This document shows, one piece after another, positions 59,799 to 64,000 of a stretch of DNA of 64,000 bases (position 1 is the stretch's first letter; every line of letters begins with the position of its first letter). The stretch comes from the human T2T-CHM13v2.0 reference genome, Homo sapiens, in the NCBI RefSeq assembly GCF_009914755.1, contig NC_060925.1, one strand, 5' to 3'. The notes beneath the pieces were generated by a model. That model made no database searches. It saw only the letters and a program-made list of their open reading frames with translations, and was not told the origin of the DNA. A program made the position numbers and the translations under genes.

Positions 59799-60182
59799 GT
59801 GACTCCCTGGCTTTGCCTCCTCCTCTTCCCCCAAGCTGGCTTTCAGATGAGGCTGCCCCACCCCACAGGACGCCCATGGTACAACTGGGCTGGGGGTGTA
59901 AGCGGGATTCAGCCCATGGTGTCAGCACTTTGGGGTGCCTCTCTGCCAAGCCCCTCAGATCATTTGAGGCCCTAGGGTGTGCCCAGCCCTGCCCTGAGCA
60001 CATGGGAGACCCACAGGGCTTAGAAAACACAGGCCTTGCTCCCAGGAGCTTACAGTGGGCCCGCCAGAGGCAGTGGGCCAAGGGCCTGGGACCCCATCTC
60101 TGTGGAAACTGTTACTCGTGAGCACAGGCCTCCCTTGCCCCATTGGCAGAATTATCAGTCCCATCTCTGGCTTCTTCCCCAG

Positions 60183-60346
60183 TGGCACCATCCCCCAGGC
60201 CAAGCCCACCCCGGTGTCCCCAGCAACCTCCAGTGCCAGCACCATGCCTGTAAGAGGGGGCACCCGCCTCGCCCAGGAAGCTGCTTCTAAACTGACGAGG
60301 GCTCCCGACTCTCCCTCCTCTGTGGGAAGGCCTAGTTCAGATCCAG
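60183..60346 (+). CDS. TNFRSF8: TNFRSF8 exon 6, Pro/Ser/Thr hinge (SGTIPQAKPTPVSPATSSASTMPVRGGTRLAQEAASKLTRAPDSPSSVGRPSSDP-G)
   Basis: cttcttccccag acceptor, donor G|GTAATT; 164 nt, phase 2-1, frame continuous with exon 5. Confidence 0.97.
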
Positions 60347-60653
60347 GTAATTTCCCCATGAAGCTGTGGGTCGTCTCCCTGGGGTGCTCGATTGGTGGAT
60401 GGCCCATGAGTGGGGGTGTTTGGAGCAGGCGGGCAGTGATCTGTGGTCTTTTCCTGGTGGGGAGAGAAGACGGTGGTAAGGTATGATCTAGGGCTGAAAG
60501 CATTGAGGGGCAGAGGTAGACACCAGAGGGCTCATTCATTTGCCAGCAGTGCAGAGGGCCTGCCTTGTGCCGGACACCCGTGCCCCATCTCTCCCTCTAT
60601 TTCCCTCTACGTTGGTTTGTCAGAGGGAAATGGGTCCCACTCTGCTGTTGTGA

Positions 60654-61109
<456 letters not shown>

Positions 61110-61207
61110 TGAATATTTGGGTTGTTTCTGCCTTTTGACTATAATGAAGAAAGAAAAATACATCTTTGCGTGTATGTGCTTTCCTTTCTCTTGGGTTGGT
61201 TTTGTAA

Positions 61208-61837
<630 letters not shown>

Positions 61838-62039
61838 TGAGTACCCTCCTCTCGTGTGGAATGCACGCAGCATTCCTGTCCTCTCTGAGCCTCAGGACTC
61901 CCTCTGAAAGGCTGGACTGAGCTGACATGCGGAGTTTGGGAGCTGGCCACGGTGAGGGATGGGGGGCTTCAGGGTTGGGTGGGGAGTGAGGCCTTTGCCA
62001 AGGCGGCCTGGCCTGCAGCTTCTCTGCTTCTTTCCCCAG

Positions 62040-62156
62040 GTCTGTCCCCAACACAGCCATGCCCAGAGGGGTCTGGTGATTGCAGAAAGCAGTGTGAGCC
62101 CGACTACTACCTGGACGAGGCCGGCCGCTGCACGGCCTGCGTGAGCTGTTCTCGAG
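62040..62156 (+). CDS. TNFRSF8: TNFRSF8 exon 7 (GLSPTQPCPEGSGDCRKQCEPDYYLDEAGRCTACVSCSR), paralog of exon 3
   Basis: ttccccag acceptor, donor G|GTAAGG; 117 nt, phase 1-1; 98/117 nt identical to exon 3 by manual alignment. Confidence 0.98.
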
Positions 62157-63139
62157 GTAAGGGCCTCGTCCCTCCCCGGGCCTCAGTTTACCTCTCTGCA
62201 TTTTTGAACCGTGAACTTCCAGTAACTACTCCCCCTTATGTTTGTGGGTTTTTGATGGGGGTCGCCTCTTTTCAGAGGGCTTCCATTGGCATATTATTTC
62301 CTTCCAGGAAGCGTTTGTGAATCACCCACCTGTTCCAAACTCGGCTCATCAATGTTTGTAACTACTCTGTGATTCAAGCATTGTGATCATTCCCCTTTTA
62401 CAGAGGAGGAAACGGAGGCTTTGGGAAGTCAGGGAACTTCCAAGGGCTGTGGGCTGGAGTTTGAACCCAGACAGGTGCCACCAGGTTCCAGGTTCTCGTC
62501 CACTCCACTCGCTGCCCCTATGAGCCACTTATTCTTTTTTTTTTTTTCCCAGACAGGGTCTCACTCCTTCACCCAAGCTGCAGTACGGTGGTGGGATCAT
62601 AGCTCCCTGCAGCTGTGACCTCCCAGGATCACATGATCCTTTTGCCTCAGCCTTTCAAGTGGCTGGGACTATAGGTGCACACTACCATGCCTGGCTAATT
62701 AAAAAAAATTTTTTTTCATACAGATGGGGGTCTCACTATGTTGCCCAGGCTGCTCTCGAACTCCTGGACTCAAATGGTCCTCCCACCTTGGCTTCCTAAA
62801 TTGCTGGGATTATAGGCATGAGCCACCATGCCCGGCCTGCGAGCTGTTTTGACAAGCACTTACTGAGTGCACAGACACAGCACGATGCAGGTGTGGGGCT
62901 TCCCTGTGCCCAGCCCATCACAACCTCCCAGCGCCAGCAGCACCCCGAGGGGCATGTGGGCAGGGGGTGTTGCTCAGGCCACAGGCTGCTGTGACTGTTA
63001 GAGGCCCTGGCTATTCACGGAGGCCACTGGGAATGTGTGTCTGTCTCCTTGTCCAGAGCTGCTTTTGGGCAGCAAAGCAGAGTGAAGGGTCAGGGGAGGC
63101 CAAAAAGAACCACAGACACTGTTTGTTGTCATTGGAGGT

Positions 63140-64000
<861 letters not shown>

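Noticed and set aside
60055-60486. 143-aa ORF as a standalone gene
   Set aside because: It is exon 6 plus read-through into both flanking introns

Overview
Human (primate) genomic DNA, very rich in Alu, MIR, L1 and LTR repeats. It holds about 13 kb of upstream sequence, the promoter and coding exons 1-7 of TNFRSF8 (CD30) on the + strand; the gene continues past the window end. The spliced exons (63+88+117+153+91+164+117 nt) give one open frame: signal peptide MRVLLAALGLLFLGALRAFPQ, TNFR cysteine-rich domains, a Pro/Ser/Thr hinge and the start of the duplicated CRD block. The promoter has the known (CCAT)n microsatellite, AP-1, Sp1 and STAT motifs and a CpG island. Intron 1 contains a U6 retrocopy, an RPL23A retro-fragment, a solo LTR and an ETS-site minisatellite. 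I see no convincing new biological system. The best leads are a possible RPL23A-Alu chimeric retrocopy, a second CCAT array in intron 2 sharing the promoter array's interrupting motifs, intronic footprints of the exon 3/exon 7 duplication, a stop-free exon 5-6 circRNA candidate between inverted Alus, and a G-quadruplex beside exon 2. Repeat family names come from recognition of the sequence, not a database search, and repeat boundaries are approximate. Most ORF-track entries are repeat or GC artefacts.
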